From the NCBI GenBank assembly GCA_963796455.1, contig CAWCLO010000010.1:576001-640000 (forward strand): 64,000 nucleotides of DNA, written 5' to 3'. Below, one piece after another: positions 24,859-34,079 of this stretch. The notes under the pieces were generated by a model. That model worked only from the letters and a program-made list of their open reading frames with translations. It was not told the origin of the DNA and did not search any database. The stretch's first letter is position 1. Each line of letters starts with the position of its first letter. The DNA comes from Candidatus Sulfomarinibacteraceae bacterium. GTDB taxonomy: Bacteria > Acidobacteriota > Thermoanaerobaculia > Thermoanaerobaculales > Sulfomarinibacteraceae. The translations under genes and the position numbers were made by a program.

Positions 24859-25383
24859 TCATTGATCGGCCGGCGGGGGTTCGAGGCGGGTTTCCGTCCA
24901 ATCGGTGCCGTTGGAGGACGGGAAGACCAGCCACGTCGTACCTCGCGAGAACACCGCCCGGGCCCGAACGCGGAGGAAAGCGTCTCGCCGCCCCTTTGGC
25001 AGGGGGACCTCCACCGGTGGCGGTGCGAGGAGCCAGCGCCGCGCCTCTCCCGTCGAGAGGAACTCTTTACTGTCGGTTGTCGTGCCGTTCACGATCAGCT
25101 GGCATCGATAGCGGCCGGTCAGGGCGTCGAAGGTGACGATTGACTCGGCGGTGCCGCGCCACACGCGGCGATCCGGGAACAGTCGTCTTCGTGAATAGAC
25201 GCGGAGCGAATAGTCGATCTGGGCACGGGCGCCAGAAGACAGCGTGCTCTCGAGAGAATCCGGCAACACATCGACCAGACTACAGCGAATCACCAGTCGT
25301 TCGGCGCCGCGTTCGACATCGAGAACCATCGGCTCCGCGGCGAAGACCGCCACCGCCAGGATGACCGATACAAGACCCCTCAT
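24859..25383 (-). CDS. DUF4390-like exported protein
   Basis: Signal peptide, FDALTGRY segment, position upstream of NtrY-like kinase. Confidence 0.65.
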   Translation of the reverse strand: MRGLVSVILAVAVFAAEPMVLDVERGAERLVIRCSLVDVLPDSLESTLSSGARAQIDYSLRVYSRRRLFPDRRVWRGTAESIVTFDALTGRYRCQLIVNGTTTDSKEFLSTGEARRWLLAPPPVEVPLPKGRRDAFLRVRARAVFSRGTTWLVFPSSNGTDWTETRLEPPPADQ

Positions 25384-25478
25384 CGTTCGGTAATTCTACA
25401 TGGATCCTCGGCAACGAGCGGGCCGAAGCCGTGTCGCAAATGATACAGTGAGTCGATTCGAGTCGTGAAGGAGTGGTG

Positions 25479-27002
25479 ATGAGCGCAACTATTCCGGGGT
25501 GGTCGCCGGAAATCGAGCGTGGCTTCAAGGAAATTCTCTTCCGTTTCTTGGAAGAGGTTCAATGCACGAGAGCCGCGTTATATCTCTACGGACCCGAGGA
25601 GAGATTTTTGTTGGCGACTCAGTACGGCTTTGGTCGCCGCGACGTCCTGGCCATCGAACACGGGCTGAAGGACCCCATGGTCCAGAGGGTGCGGGAGCTC
25701 AACAATGTGCCGGCGGCGTTCAATCGGAAGAACGACCTCGGCCCGCTGACCGACTACCTCAAAAGTGCCGGCAACAACAAGCTGCTGCTGGTCCCTCTCG
25801 TGGCCGGCGAAGAGATCATCGGTTTTGTTGACGCTCGCGACAAGGGCCGCAAAAGGACCTTCGAGCGCACCGATGTCGCGAAGGCCAAAAAGATCGCCAC
25901 CTCGATGGTCGAGTACGCGAAGCGGAGTGGATTCCTCGGTATCGATGAAGGTGAATACGAGGCCGAAGCCAGCCCGGTTCGGGAGCAGGCGGAACGGACC
26001 GCCCGGCCCGGCCCGCCCAGGGCCCCCTTGCTCGATGAGCCCGGCCTCGAAAACGTCCACGATTCCGCCCTCGACTGTGTTCTCGAACATCAGGTGTTGG
26101 CGGTTGCTGTGACGCTCGTGACGCCGGACGGCGCGGCCACCCTGATCAACATGCGCGAGGGCGGCGCCGAGATCGATCGTGATGCGCTCATGCGTCATCA
26201 GACCTCGGCCCTCGTCGAAGCGGGCGTCGTGCCGCCGGTGCGGGAAACCTGGCGAACCGAGGTTCGAAGGGTCCCGGCCCCGGCTGAATCCGTCCCGATG
26301 CCGATGATCGCCTCCGCTGTGATGCTGCAGGATCAGCAAAGCGGATCCGTTGTCGCATCCGTGGTTGCCGGTGGTGGCGCCACCATCAGCCGCGCCACGC
26401 TTGCCCGCCTTCGCTCACGAGTGGTCGACGCCCGGGACAAGGCGGTGCTCCGCTTCTCCCGCCGGAATCTGGCACGGCGCTTGTTGCAACCGGGGTCACG
26501 AGCCTACCCCGATCTCGTGTCGCACTCCGAGGCGGTATCTCGTCTCGCCTTCTCCATTGCCCGACACCTCGACCTCGGGTTCACCGGCGCCGAGGATGCG
26601 GCCCTGGCCGGTCTGCTGCACGACGTCGGTATGCGCGAACTGGATTACGAGCGTCTCTATCGCAACAATGCACCAACGGCGGATGACCGCATCCGCTTCC
26701 AAAAACACCCCGTACTCGGTGAAAAGATCCTGGTGGGGACCGGGCTCGATGAAGTCATGGCGGCGATCCGCCACCACCATGAGCGGTGGGACGGCACCGG
26801 CTATCCCGACCGCCTGGCACGGGAGGAGATCCCGCTCCTGGCGCGGCTGGTGCACGTTGCGGAGGTCTTTGACGTTCTCACGGTGCCCGGTCGCTACCGG
26901 CCGACCGTCAACCCGGAACGAGCCCTGGAAATCATCGATCGCGGCAAGGGCCACCAATTTGATCCTCAGATGGTGGAGGCGCTCGCCCAGGTGGTGAAAT
27001 GA
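25479..27002 (+). CDS. GAF-like + HD-GYP domain cyclic-dinucleotide phosphodiesterase
   Basis: HSEAV, GLLHDVG, HHHERWDGTGYP, GHQFDP; N-terminal GAF-like LVPLVAGEEIIGFV. Confidence 0.9.
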   Translation: MSATIPGWSPEIERGFKEILFRFLEEVQCTRAALYLYGPEERFLLATQYGFGRRDVLAIEHGLKDPMVQRVRELNNVPAAFNRKNDLGPLTDYLKSAGNNKLLLVPLVAGEEIIGFVDARDKGRKRTFERTDVAKAKKIATSMVEYAKRSGFLGIDEGEYEAEASPVREQAERTARPGPPRAPLLDEPGLENVHDSALDCVLEHQVLAVAVTLVTPDGAATLINMREGGAEIDRDALMRHQTSALVEAGVVPPVRETWRTEVRRVPAPAESVPMPMIASAVMLQDQQSGSVVASVVAGGGATISRATLARLRSRVVDARDKAVLRFSRRNLARRLLQPGSRAYPDLVSHSEAVSRLAFSIARHLDLGFTGAEDAALAGLLHDVGMRELDYERLYRNNAPTADDRIRFQKHPVLGEKILVGTGLDEVMAAIRHHHERWDGTGYPDRLAREEIPLLARLVHVAEVFDVLTVPGRYRPTVNPERALEIIDRGKGHQFDPQMVEALAQVVK

Positions 27003-27466
27003 GTGACGGACGCCGGGTCCTGGCAAAAAACCGGAAAGCCCGCCATACCTACCACATTCTGGAAACAGAGACCGCGGGCATCGAGCTTCTGGGAACGGAA
27101 GTCAAAGCGATCCGCGATGGGCGGATCAACGTCAAGGAAGGCTATGTCTCCTTTGCCGGAGGTCAGGCTTTCCTGGTTGGCTGTCACATCGGCGCCTACG
27201 ACAACGCCGGTTATGCGGGCCACGATCCGGTCCGACGGCGGCGCCTCTTGCTCCACAAACGCCAGATCGAGCGCCTCGAGAGCAAGGTCCGCGAAAAGGG
27301 CCTGACCGTGGTGCCGCTCGAGGTGTTTCTCGACGGCAACTGGATCAAGGTGGAAATAGCACTGGTTCGTGGCAAACAGCTGCACGACAAACGGGAGACC
27401 CTCCGGATGCGCACACTGGATCGCGAGGCCGAACAGGCGATCAAAGAACGCGGCCGGGGTGATTGA
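26999..27466 (+). CDS. smpB: SsrA-binding protein
   Basis: NRKARHTY, GIELLGTEVKAIR, LLLHKRQI, RGKQLHDKR. Confidence 0.97.
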   Translation: MSDGRRVLAKNRKARHTYHILETETAGIELLGTEVKAIRDGRINVKEGYVSFAGGQAFLVGCHIGAYDNAGYAGHDPVRRRRLLLHKRQIERLESKVREKGLTVVPLEVFLDGNWIKVEIALVRGKQLHDKRETLRMRTLDREAEQAIKERGRGD

Positions 27467-27491
27467 CAGCGGTATAATTCAGGCATAAATT
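27463..27491 (+). promoter_or_regulatory. Candidate sigma70 promoter for uvrA
   Basis: TTGACA-N17-TAAATT; a TATAAT also lies at 27473-27478. Confidence 0.5.
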
Positions 27492-27616
27492 AATCTCTCC
27501 GAAATGCAGGCCCCGGAGGCCGGGTTCGCGGCGCCGGGGCAACGAGGGAACGTCCGGGCGATTTCGAGTGTTCTGCACATCGGGCACAGAGACCGGGACG
27601 GGCGGAATGGGGAGAC

Positions 27617-30424
27617 ATGCAGGACGAGATCATCATTCGCGGTGCACGGGAACACAACCTGGCCAACGTCGACGTGGCCTTCCCACGCAACCGGTTGGTC
27701 GTGATCACCGGAGTTTCCGGCTCCGGAAAGTCGTCGCTCGCATTCGACACCCTCTTTGCCGAAGGTCAGCGTCGTTATGTGGAGTCACTCTCGGCCTATG
27801 CGCGGCAGTTCCTCGATCAGATGGAAAAGCCCGACGTTGACACCATCGAGGGTCTGTCTCCGGCAATTTCGATTGAACAAAAGACCACCTCGCGAAATCC
27901 CCGATCCACCGTTGGTACGGTCACCGAGATCCACGATTATCTGCGCTTGTTGTGGGCTTCGATCGGAGTGCCCGAGTGTCCGGATTGTGCGATTCCGATC
28001 CAGCCGCAAAGTGTCGAGCAGATGGTGGATCAACTGCTCGCCCTGCCCGCCAAGACCCGCTTCATGCTCCTCGCGCCGGTGATCGAAGGCCGCAAGGGGG
28101 AACACCGCAAGGTCTTTGCACAGATGGTGCGCGAGGGTTTCGTCAGGGCCCGAGTGGACGGCGAGATCATCGATATTGCCGAAGCCCCCGACCTCGACAA
28201 AAAGAAAAAACACACCATCGAGGTCGTAGTGGACCGTTTGTCGGTTCGCGACGGTGTCGCCGCCCGCGTCGCCGACTCTCTGGAAACCGCGCTGCGCGTC
28301 GGTGAAGGTCTTGCGGTCGCGGCCCCTACCGATGGTGAGGAGATCGTGCTTTCGGCTCGACACGCCTGTCCAAATTGTGGTTTTGCCTTGAGCGAGATTT
28401 CGCCGCGGCTTTTTTCCTTCAACTCGCCGCAGGGCGCGTGCCCGAGCTGTTCGGGGCTCGGTTTTCTGCGCGAGGTCGATCCTGAAAAGCTGGTTCTCGA
28501 CCCGGAGAGAACCCTTGCCGCAGGGTGTCTCGCGATGGTCGGAAAAAGCCCGGGGTCGTGGTTCCGCCATCAGGTGGAACAACTCGCCGAGGGCGTCGGT
28601 TTCGATCTCCAAACTCCCTGGCGGAGGCTGCCGCCCGAGATACGCCAATTGCTGATGTACGGCAGCGACGGTGAACACGAATTTGTCTGGGAGGGAAGCA
28701 AGGGAGCCTATCGTTATCGTGATCGTTTTGAGGGCGCATTACCGCGGCTTGAACGCCGGTATACCGAGACGACCTCAGAGGATGTGCGCCGCGAGCTCGA
28801 ACGATATATGTCGCTGGCCCCGTGTGGAGACTGTGGTGGGGCACGTCTGAGGCGCGAAGCTCTGGCGGTCAAGATCGGTGGCCGGAGCCTGGTCGACGTC
28901 GCGACGCTGGCCGTCAATCGCGCCCTTGAGTGGTTCGAAAACCTCGCGCTTTCGGATCGCGATGCTGAAATCGCCGACAAGATCCTGCGTGAGGTCTCAG
29001 ACCGCCTCGGGTTTCTGGTTTCGGTGGGTCTGGACTATCTATCGCTCGACCGGATGGCCGGCACCCTGTCCGGCGGGGAAAGCCAGCGAATCCGGCTCGC
29101 AACCCAGGTGGGCTCGAAACTGATGGGGGTGCTTTATGTGCTCGACGAGCCCTCCATCGGTCTCCACCAGCGCGACAACCGGCGATTGCTCGACACCCTC
29201 AAGGGCATGCGGGACCTGGGCAACACGGTGGTCGTGGTCGAACACGACGAAGAGACGATTCGCGAGGCGGATTGGGTCATCGACCTCGGTCCCGGAGCGG
29301 GTCGCCACGGCGGCCGCGTGGTCGCGAACGGCCCGCCGGCCGCGTTGCTCGATGCCGGAGAGAGCCTGACCGGTGACTATCTGGCGGGCAGGCGCTCGAT
29401 TCCGGTGCCTGCGCAGCGAGCAGAGGGCAACGGGGATTCTTTGATTCTCCTTGGGGCGGCCGAACACAACCTCAAGGATGTGGATGTGACCTTGCCACTG
29501 GGGCGGTTGATCTGCGTCACCGGGGTTTCGGGATCGGGCAAATCGACCCTCGTCAACGAGATCTTGCACAAGGCGGTGGCGCGCGAGCTGTATGGAACCC
29601 AGGCGCGTCCGGGCCGACACGCTTCGATCGAAGGGGCCGATCTCCTTGACAAGGTGATCGCCATCGACCAGTCACCGATCGGACGAACCCCCCGCTCCAA
29701 CCCGGCCACCTATACCAAACTCTTTGACCCGATCCGATCGTTGTTCGCGGCGACGACGGATGCCCGCGCCCGCGGCTACAAACCCGGCCGTTTTTCATTC
29801 AACGTTCGTGGCGGCCGTTGCGAGGCCTGCCAGGGTGCGGGCCAGTTGCGGATCGAAATGCACTTCCTGGCGGATGTCTTTGTCACCTGCGATCAGTGCA
29901 ATGGCCGGCGCTATAACCGCGAGACCCTCGAGGTCCATTTCAAAGGTCTCAGCATCGCCGAGGTGCTCGATCTCACGGTCAACCAGGCGCGTGAAGTTTT
30001 TGCGGCCGTGCCAAAGATCGTTCGGGTCCTCGACACGCTGGTTGCGGTCGGCCTCGGTTATCTCCACCTCGGACAGCCGGCCACCACCCTCTCCGGTGGA
30101 GAGGCGCAACGTATCAAGTTGTCCCGCGAACTGGCAAAACGAGCCACCGGAAAGACCCTGTATCTCCTGGATGAGCCCACAACGGGTCTCCACTTCGATG
30201 ATGTGCACAAGCTCCTCGCTGTGCTCCACGCCCTGGTTGACCGCGGCAACACGGTGATTGTGATCGAGCACAACCTCGATGTGATCAAGACCGCCGACTG
30301 GATTGTCGATCTCGGCCCCGAGGGCGGAGAGGGCGGCGGAGAGGTCATCGCTGCAGGCACACCCGATGACATTGCCAAATGCAAGAAGTCGTACACCGGG
30401 CAGTATCTCAAGAAGATGCTTTAG
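27617..30424 (+). CDS. uvrA: Excinuclease ABC subunit A
   Basis: GAREHNL, two GVSGSGKS Walker A motifs, LSGGE, zinc-finger CxxC pairs. Confidence 0.99.
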   Translation: MQDEIIIRGAREHNLANVDVAFPRNRLVVITGVSGSGKSSLAFDTLFAEGQRRYVESLSAYARQFLDQMEKPDVDTIEGLSPAISIEQKTTSRNPRSTVGTVTEIHDYLRLLWASIGVPECPDCAIPIQPQSVEQMVDQLLALPAKTRFMLLAPVIEGRKGEHRKVFAQMVREGFVRARVDGEIIDIAEAPDLDKKKKHTIEVVVDRLSVRDGVAARVADSLETALRVGEGLAVAAPTDGEEIVLSARHACPNCGFALSEISPRLFSFNSPQGACPSCSGLGFLREVDPEKLVLDPERTLAAGCLAMVGKSPGSWFRHQVEQLAEGVGFDLQTPWRRLPPEIRQLLMYGSDGEHEFVWEGSKGAYRYRDRFEGALPRLERRYTETTSEDVRRELERYMSLAPCGDCGGARLRREALAVKIGGRSLVDVATLAVNRALEWFENLALSDRDAEIADKILREVSDRLGFLVSVGLDYLSLDRMAGTLSGGESQRIRLATQVGSKLMGVLYVLDEPSIGLHQRDNRRLLDTLKGMRDLGNTVVVVEHDEETIREADWVIDLGPGAGRHGGRVVANGPPAALLDAGESLTGDYLAGRRSIPVPAQRAEGNGDSLILLGAAEHNLKDVDVTLPLGRLICVTGVSGSGKSTLVNEILHKAVARELYGTQARPGRHASIEGADLLDKVIAIDQSPIGRTPRSNPATYTKLFDPIRSLFAATTDARARGYKPGRFSFNVRGGRCEACQGAGQLRIEMHFLADVFVTCDQCNGRRYNRETLEVHFKGLSIAEVLDLTVNQAREVFAAVPKIVRVLDTLVAVGLGYLHLGQPATTLSGGEAQRIKLSRELAKRATGKTLYLLDEPTTGLHFDDVHKLLAVLHALVDRGNTVIVIEHNLDVIKTADWIVDLGPEGGEGGGEVIAAGTPDDIAKCKKSYTGQYLKKML

Positions 30425-30453
30425 AGGCCTGGGGCTTGGGACCTGGGGCTTGA
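30424..30453 (+). repeat. Degenerate heptamer arm (GAGGCTT-like x4), inverted relative to 30484-30626
   Basis: GAGGCCT GGGGCTT GGGACCT GGGGCTT GA. Confidence 0.8.
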
Positions 30454-30483
30454 CATCCTCAGCTACGGAACGAACGATTTGGT

Positions 30484-30626
30484 GCCTCAAGCCTCAAGCC
30501 TCAAGCCTCAAGCCTCAAGCCTCAAGCCTCAAGCCTCAAGCCTCAAGCCTCAAGCCTCAAGCCTCAAGCCTCAAGCCTCAAGCCTCAAGCCTCAAGCCTC
30601 AAGCCTCAAGCCTCAAGCCTCAAGCC
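30484..30626 (+). repeat. Perfect tandem heptamer (GCCTCAA)x20.4
   Basis: Direct count: 143 nt. Confidence 0.98.
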
Positions 30627-31378
30627 AATATCGAATAGCCCCCGTCGACGATCAGGGTCTGGCCGTGAATCATCGATGCATACTCCGTGCAGAGATAGAT
30701 GACCACGTTGGCGACATCTTGAGGGTGAACCAGACGTCCCGCCGGTGTCCTGGCACGTGCCGCGTCGAGGAGTTCCTCGCGGTTTGGAAAGTGAAGCAGG
30801 GCGTCGGTGTCGACTGTGCCCGCTGAAACGGCGTTGATCCGCATACCCTCGGGCGCGAATTCGGCCGCGAGGTGACGCACCATCGACTCGAGAGCAGCCT
30901 TTGAAGCACCCACTGCGGTGTAGTTGGGAATTGCGCGAAGCGCCCCCAGAGAGGACACTGCGACCAGGGACTTCTTTCCCTCTGAGGGCAGATCGATGAA
31001 CTGTTGGGTGATTGGCAGGAGAGCCGCGGCATTGATATGCATGGCCCAGTCGAAATGGTGGAGTGTGAGCTCCCGCGCAGGCCGCAAAACCCCCGAAGCG
31101 GCGTTTGAAACCGCGATCTCCAGACCACCCCAGGCATCGTTGATGGAGGTGAAGATTCTTTCGACGTGATCCGGTTTGGCAACGTTACCTTTGAGCACGA
31201 GGGCACGAACACCACGCGCCTCGATTTCGTGCGCGGTCTCCTCGGCTCGGGTGCGGTTTCGGAGATAGTTGATGGCCACATCGACATGAAAATCGGCGAG
31301 CGAGAGGGCGATCGCACGTCCAATGCCGCGGGAAGATCCGGTCACGAGCGCACGTTTACCCCGGAGTTTGAGATCCAT
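30620..31378 (-). CDS. fabL: Enoyl-ACP reductase FabL-type SDR
   Basis: TGSSRGIG, NAASGVLRP, YTAVGASKAALES, IVDGG. Confidence 0.8.
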   Translation of the reverse strand: MDLKLRGKRALVTGSSRGIGRAIALSLADFHVDVAINYLRNRTRAEETAHEIEARGVRALVLKGNVAKPDHVERIFTSINDAWGGLEIAVSNAASGVLRPARELTLHHFDWAMHINAAALLPITQQFIDLPSEGKKSLVAVSSLGALRAIPNYTAVGASKAALESMVRHLAAEFAPEGMRINAVSAGTVDTDALLHFPNREELLDAARARTPAGRLVHPQDVANVVIYLCTEYASMIHGQTLIVDGGYSILA

Positions 31379-31456
31379 TTGCACCTCCAGCTCACCACGC
31401 TACCCCGAGAATACCCGGAAAACAAGCGTGGATGTTGCGTTTCTGGGGGTTTTCTC

Positions 31457-31485
31457 TTGACAGGGGACCACATGACAGCCACACT
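31457..31485 (+). promoter_or_regulatory. Promoter of the HU gene
   Basis: TTGACA-N17-CACACT. Confidence 0.55.
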
Positions 31486-31514
31486 GTGACTACAGAGAAA
31501 ACCAGGAGGTTCCC

Positions 31515-31808
31515 ATGAACAAGACCGAAATGGCGATGAAACTTGCGAAGAAAACCGGCGTCAGCCAGGGCAAAGCAGCCGAAATCATCGACACGATGTT
31601 TTCCGCCCATCCGGCAAAGGGCCTGATCGCGACCGCGCTCGACGCGGGCGAGAAGGTGACGATTCCGGGCTTTGGCACTTTTGCCACGAAGCACCGGGGT
31701 GCGCGTCAGGGCCGCAATCCGGCGACCGGCGCGACGATCACGATTCCGGCGAAGAAGTATGTGCACTTCAAACCGGGCAAGACCCTTCGCGAGCGCGTCG
31801 AGAAGTAG
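31515..31808 (+). CDS. hup: DNA-binding protein HU
   Basis: MNKTE, GFGTF, GRNPATG, FKPGKTLRE; SD AGGAGG. Confidence 0.95.
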   Translation: MNKTEMAMKLAKKTGVSQGKAAEIIDTMFSAHPAKGLIATALDAGEKVTIPGFGTFATKHRGARQGRNPATGATITIPAKKYVHFKPGKTLRERVEK

Positions 31809-31889
31809 CCGACAACTCGATGATGCACACTTGGTGAACACACCGGTGTGCAATTCATGACGGTTTGAGGCCGTCTGATTCAAGGTAGC

Positions 31890-31921
31890 GAGGCCGGGCA
31901 TTTGCCCGGCCTCATTTTGTT
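31890..31921 (+). terminator. Intrinsic terminator after hup
   Basis: GAGGCCGGGC-ATTT-GCCCGGCCTC followed by ATTTTGTT. Confidence 0.75.
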
Positions 31922-31948
31922 GCCACCGGTTCTTTTCTGAGCCCTGGT

Positions 31949-33886
31949 CTAACGCGCGAAGCGATAGGTTTCGGTGACCGTCGCGTAGGTCTTGATTCGA
32001 ACACCGTCCTTGATGCCGGGTTTGAACCGGTACTTTTTGGCCGCCTCGACCACCGCCCCCGGGATTCCGAAACCCTCGTGATCTGCCCGCAGGACCTTGA
32101 CCTCATCCACCTTGCCGTCGGCGTTCACCGTTGCCTGCACGATGACGATGCCCAGAATCTCCTGCGAGAGTCGAACGTTCTTCGGCCATTCCACCGGGTG
32201 TTTTCTGATCACCACCGGCAGGGAATCGACCTCGGTAGGATCGACAAAGGCGTTTCTCGAGACTGTAACTGACGCAGCAACGGCCCTGGTTGGAGCGGCC
32301 GTCGGGGCTGCGGTCGGCTGCGGACTGGGAGCGACAGCGGTCGCTTCCGGAGTCGGGTCCAAAGATGCGGCGACCGCGGTCTCCTCCTCGATCTCCGGTG
32401 TGGCGGATTGAGCCGCAGCGGCCTGTTGGCGACCCTCTTCTTCGATCCGGAGACGTTCGGCCTCCAGTTCGGCCTCGCGTGTCTTCTGAGCTTCCTCCTC
32501 GAGCGCGATCTGGCGCTGGAGTTCCTGTTGTCTTCGTTCTTCCTCCTGGGTCAACCGGCCCTGTTGGGCACGCCGTTCACTTTCGGAGAGTCGCCGTTGC
32601 AGCTCCTCGATTTTGGCCTGCCGGTCACCAAGCTCCTGGCGGATCTCGTCTTCTTTGGCAGCCATCATTTCCGCCACAAGACCGGCTGCGAGCTCGCGCA
32701 TTTTCTCATCCTGGGCCTCGCGCTGGGCGGCAATCTCGGCGCTTGTCGGGGTTGGCGGAGGGGGAGGGAGCTTTGGTTCGCGGTCCATGAATTTCACGAC
32801 TCCGACCGTCGATGCCACCACGACCACTGCCGCAGCCGCAAGTCCGAGCCACAGATTTCGGCGGTCCACATCCTTGCTTGGGATCTCGATCGCTTCGACA
32901 AATGGTTGGGTCTCCACCGCTGCGGCGAGGTACGGGGTGACATCGGTCTTTTGTTCGGCCGCTCGTTCGGCGTCCTCCGCTTCGATTTCCGCACGAAAGA
33001 GGCGGTCCATGAAGAGCGCGAGGTTGAAGGTCGTCGGGCTGTAGGCGCCGCCGTAAAGCAGGCGGTCGAGTTCCTTTTTGAATTCCGGCGCCGAGCTGAA
33101 TCGATCCTCCGGGCGGTCCGCGAGGGCACGCTGGAGGACCACTCGAATGTCCTCGGGCAGGGCCCGCTCTTCATCTCCAAGGTGACCGTCGATGATTGCC
33201 TGTGCGCGATCCTCGATCGAAGCAGGCAGGGCTGATCCCGTGAGCAGCTGAAATAGAATCGCCCCCAGAGAGTAGACGTCGCCCCGAGAACTCGGGGATC
33301 GGGTCTGCAACACCTCGGGTGCAAAATATGGATGGATCTGATCGGTCGATTCAGGATCGTCGATCAATGCCAAGAGCTGCTCACCGAAACCGAATCCCGA
33401 GACGACGCCTTCGCCATCATTGGTCACGAAGATCAAACCCGGATGAAGAAAACCATGCACGATTCGTTCACCGTCGATCTCTGTTGCACCGGCCGCCATC
33501 AAGGCGATGGAGATCTTTTCCAGAATCAGGAGAGCATTGTCGACCGGGACCGGGAATTGTTCGATCCTGGCGCGCTCGAAAACCAGACTCAGAAGCTGCG
33601 AGGGCTCGAATTTGGTTGTGATTGCGGGGGTGCCGTCGTCTACAACACACTCGAGGCGAGAAGCCACATTGGCCGACTGAATCTTCTCGGAGATGGCGAG
33701 GGCCCGATCAAATGCGGCCATGACCTCATCGGCCGGCACCGAGGGACCGTCCAGGACCCGCAGCCACACCGTCCGGCCGATGCCGCCGACGTCAAACTCA
33801 CCCGCGCGATAGAGATGGCCCAGTGAATCTGCGAAACACTCCTTGAACCGCAGAAATGAACCGAATGGTCGGTAGTCTTCGGACAT
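31949..33886 (-). CDS. Ser/Thr pseudokinase - TM - coiled coil - TonB C-terminal fusion protein
   Basis: Kinase fold with PYFAPE and DVYSLG retained but HRD replaced by HGF and DFG by GFG; TM LWLGLAAAAVVVVASTVGVV; C-terminal VIVQATVNADGKV..YRFKPG. Confidence 0.85.
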   Translation of the reverse strand: MSEDYRPFGSFLRFKECFADSLGHLYRAGEFDVGGIGRTVWLRVLDGPSVPADEVMAAFDRALAISEKIQSANVASRLECVVDDGTPAITTKFEPSQLLSLVFERARIEQFPVPVDNALLILEKISIALMAAGATEIDGERIVHGFLHPGLIFVTNDGEGVVSGFGFGEQLLALIDDPESTDQIHPYFAPEVLQTRSPSSRGDVYSLGAILFQLLTGSALPASIEDRAQAIIDGHLGDEERALPEDIRVVLQRALADRPEDRFSSAPEFKKELDRLLYGGAYSPTTFNLALFMDRLFRAEIEAEDAERAAEQKTDVTPYLAAAVETQPFVEAIEIPSKDVDRRNLWLGLAAAAVVVVASTVGVVKFMDREPKLPPPPPTPTSAEIAAQREAQDEKMRELAAGLVAEMMAAKEDEIRQELGDRQAKIEELQRRLSESERRAQQGRLTQEEERRQQELQRQIALEEEAQKTREAELEAERLRIEEEGRQQAAAAQSATPEIEEETAVAASLDPTPEATAVAPSPQPTAAPTAAPTRAVAASVTVSRNAFVDPTEVDSLPVVIRKHPVEWPKNVRLSQEILGIVIVQATVNADGKVDEVKVLRADHEGFGIPGAVVEAAKKYRFKPGIKDGVRIKTYATVTETYRFAR

Positions 33887-33899
33887 GGAACTCCTCCCG

Positions 33900-34047
33900 G
33901 CCCACCGAACTCACCGCGCGCCGACTGCCGGGGCAAAGCGCAAGCCCGCAGTGCTTGCCGTTCCGCCGGCGGTGCTCGATTCGCGCCAAACCGGCGGGTC
34001 CTTGTTCCTTACCACCCTCGAAACACAAACCGGTGAGAGAAGTGGGC
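33900..34047 (-). ncRNA. Candidate structured RNA with 6S-RNA-like architecture
   Basis: Closing stems GCCCACU/GGUGGGC and CUCACCG/CGGUGAG, central bubble, terminal stem CCGCCGG/CCGGCGG; -10 TACGTT 6 nt upstream. Confidence 0.4.
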
Positions 34048-34079
34048 TAGCCGAACGTACCACCATGGCGCGCAGGCGG

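Noticed and set aside
27467..27616. tmRNA after smpB, or an HDV-like ribozyme
   Set aside because: Too short for tmRNA and lacks tRNA-like ends; lacks the HDV L3 CC / post-P1 GG pseudoknot.
30484..30626. CRISPR array
   Set aside because: Contiguous 7-mers with no spacers; no cas genes in the window.
30303..30826. ORFs encoding (QASSLKP)n
   Set aside because: Translation shadows of the heptamer array; they overlap uvrA or fabL and have no credible start.
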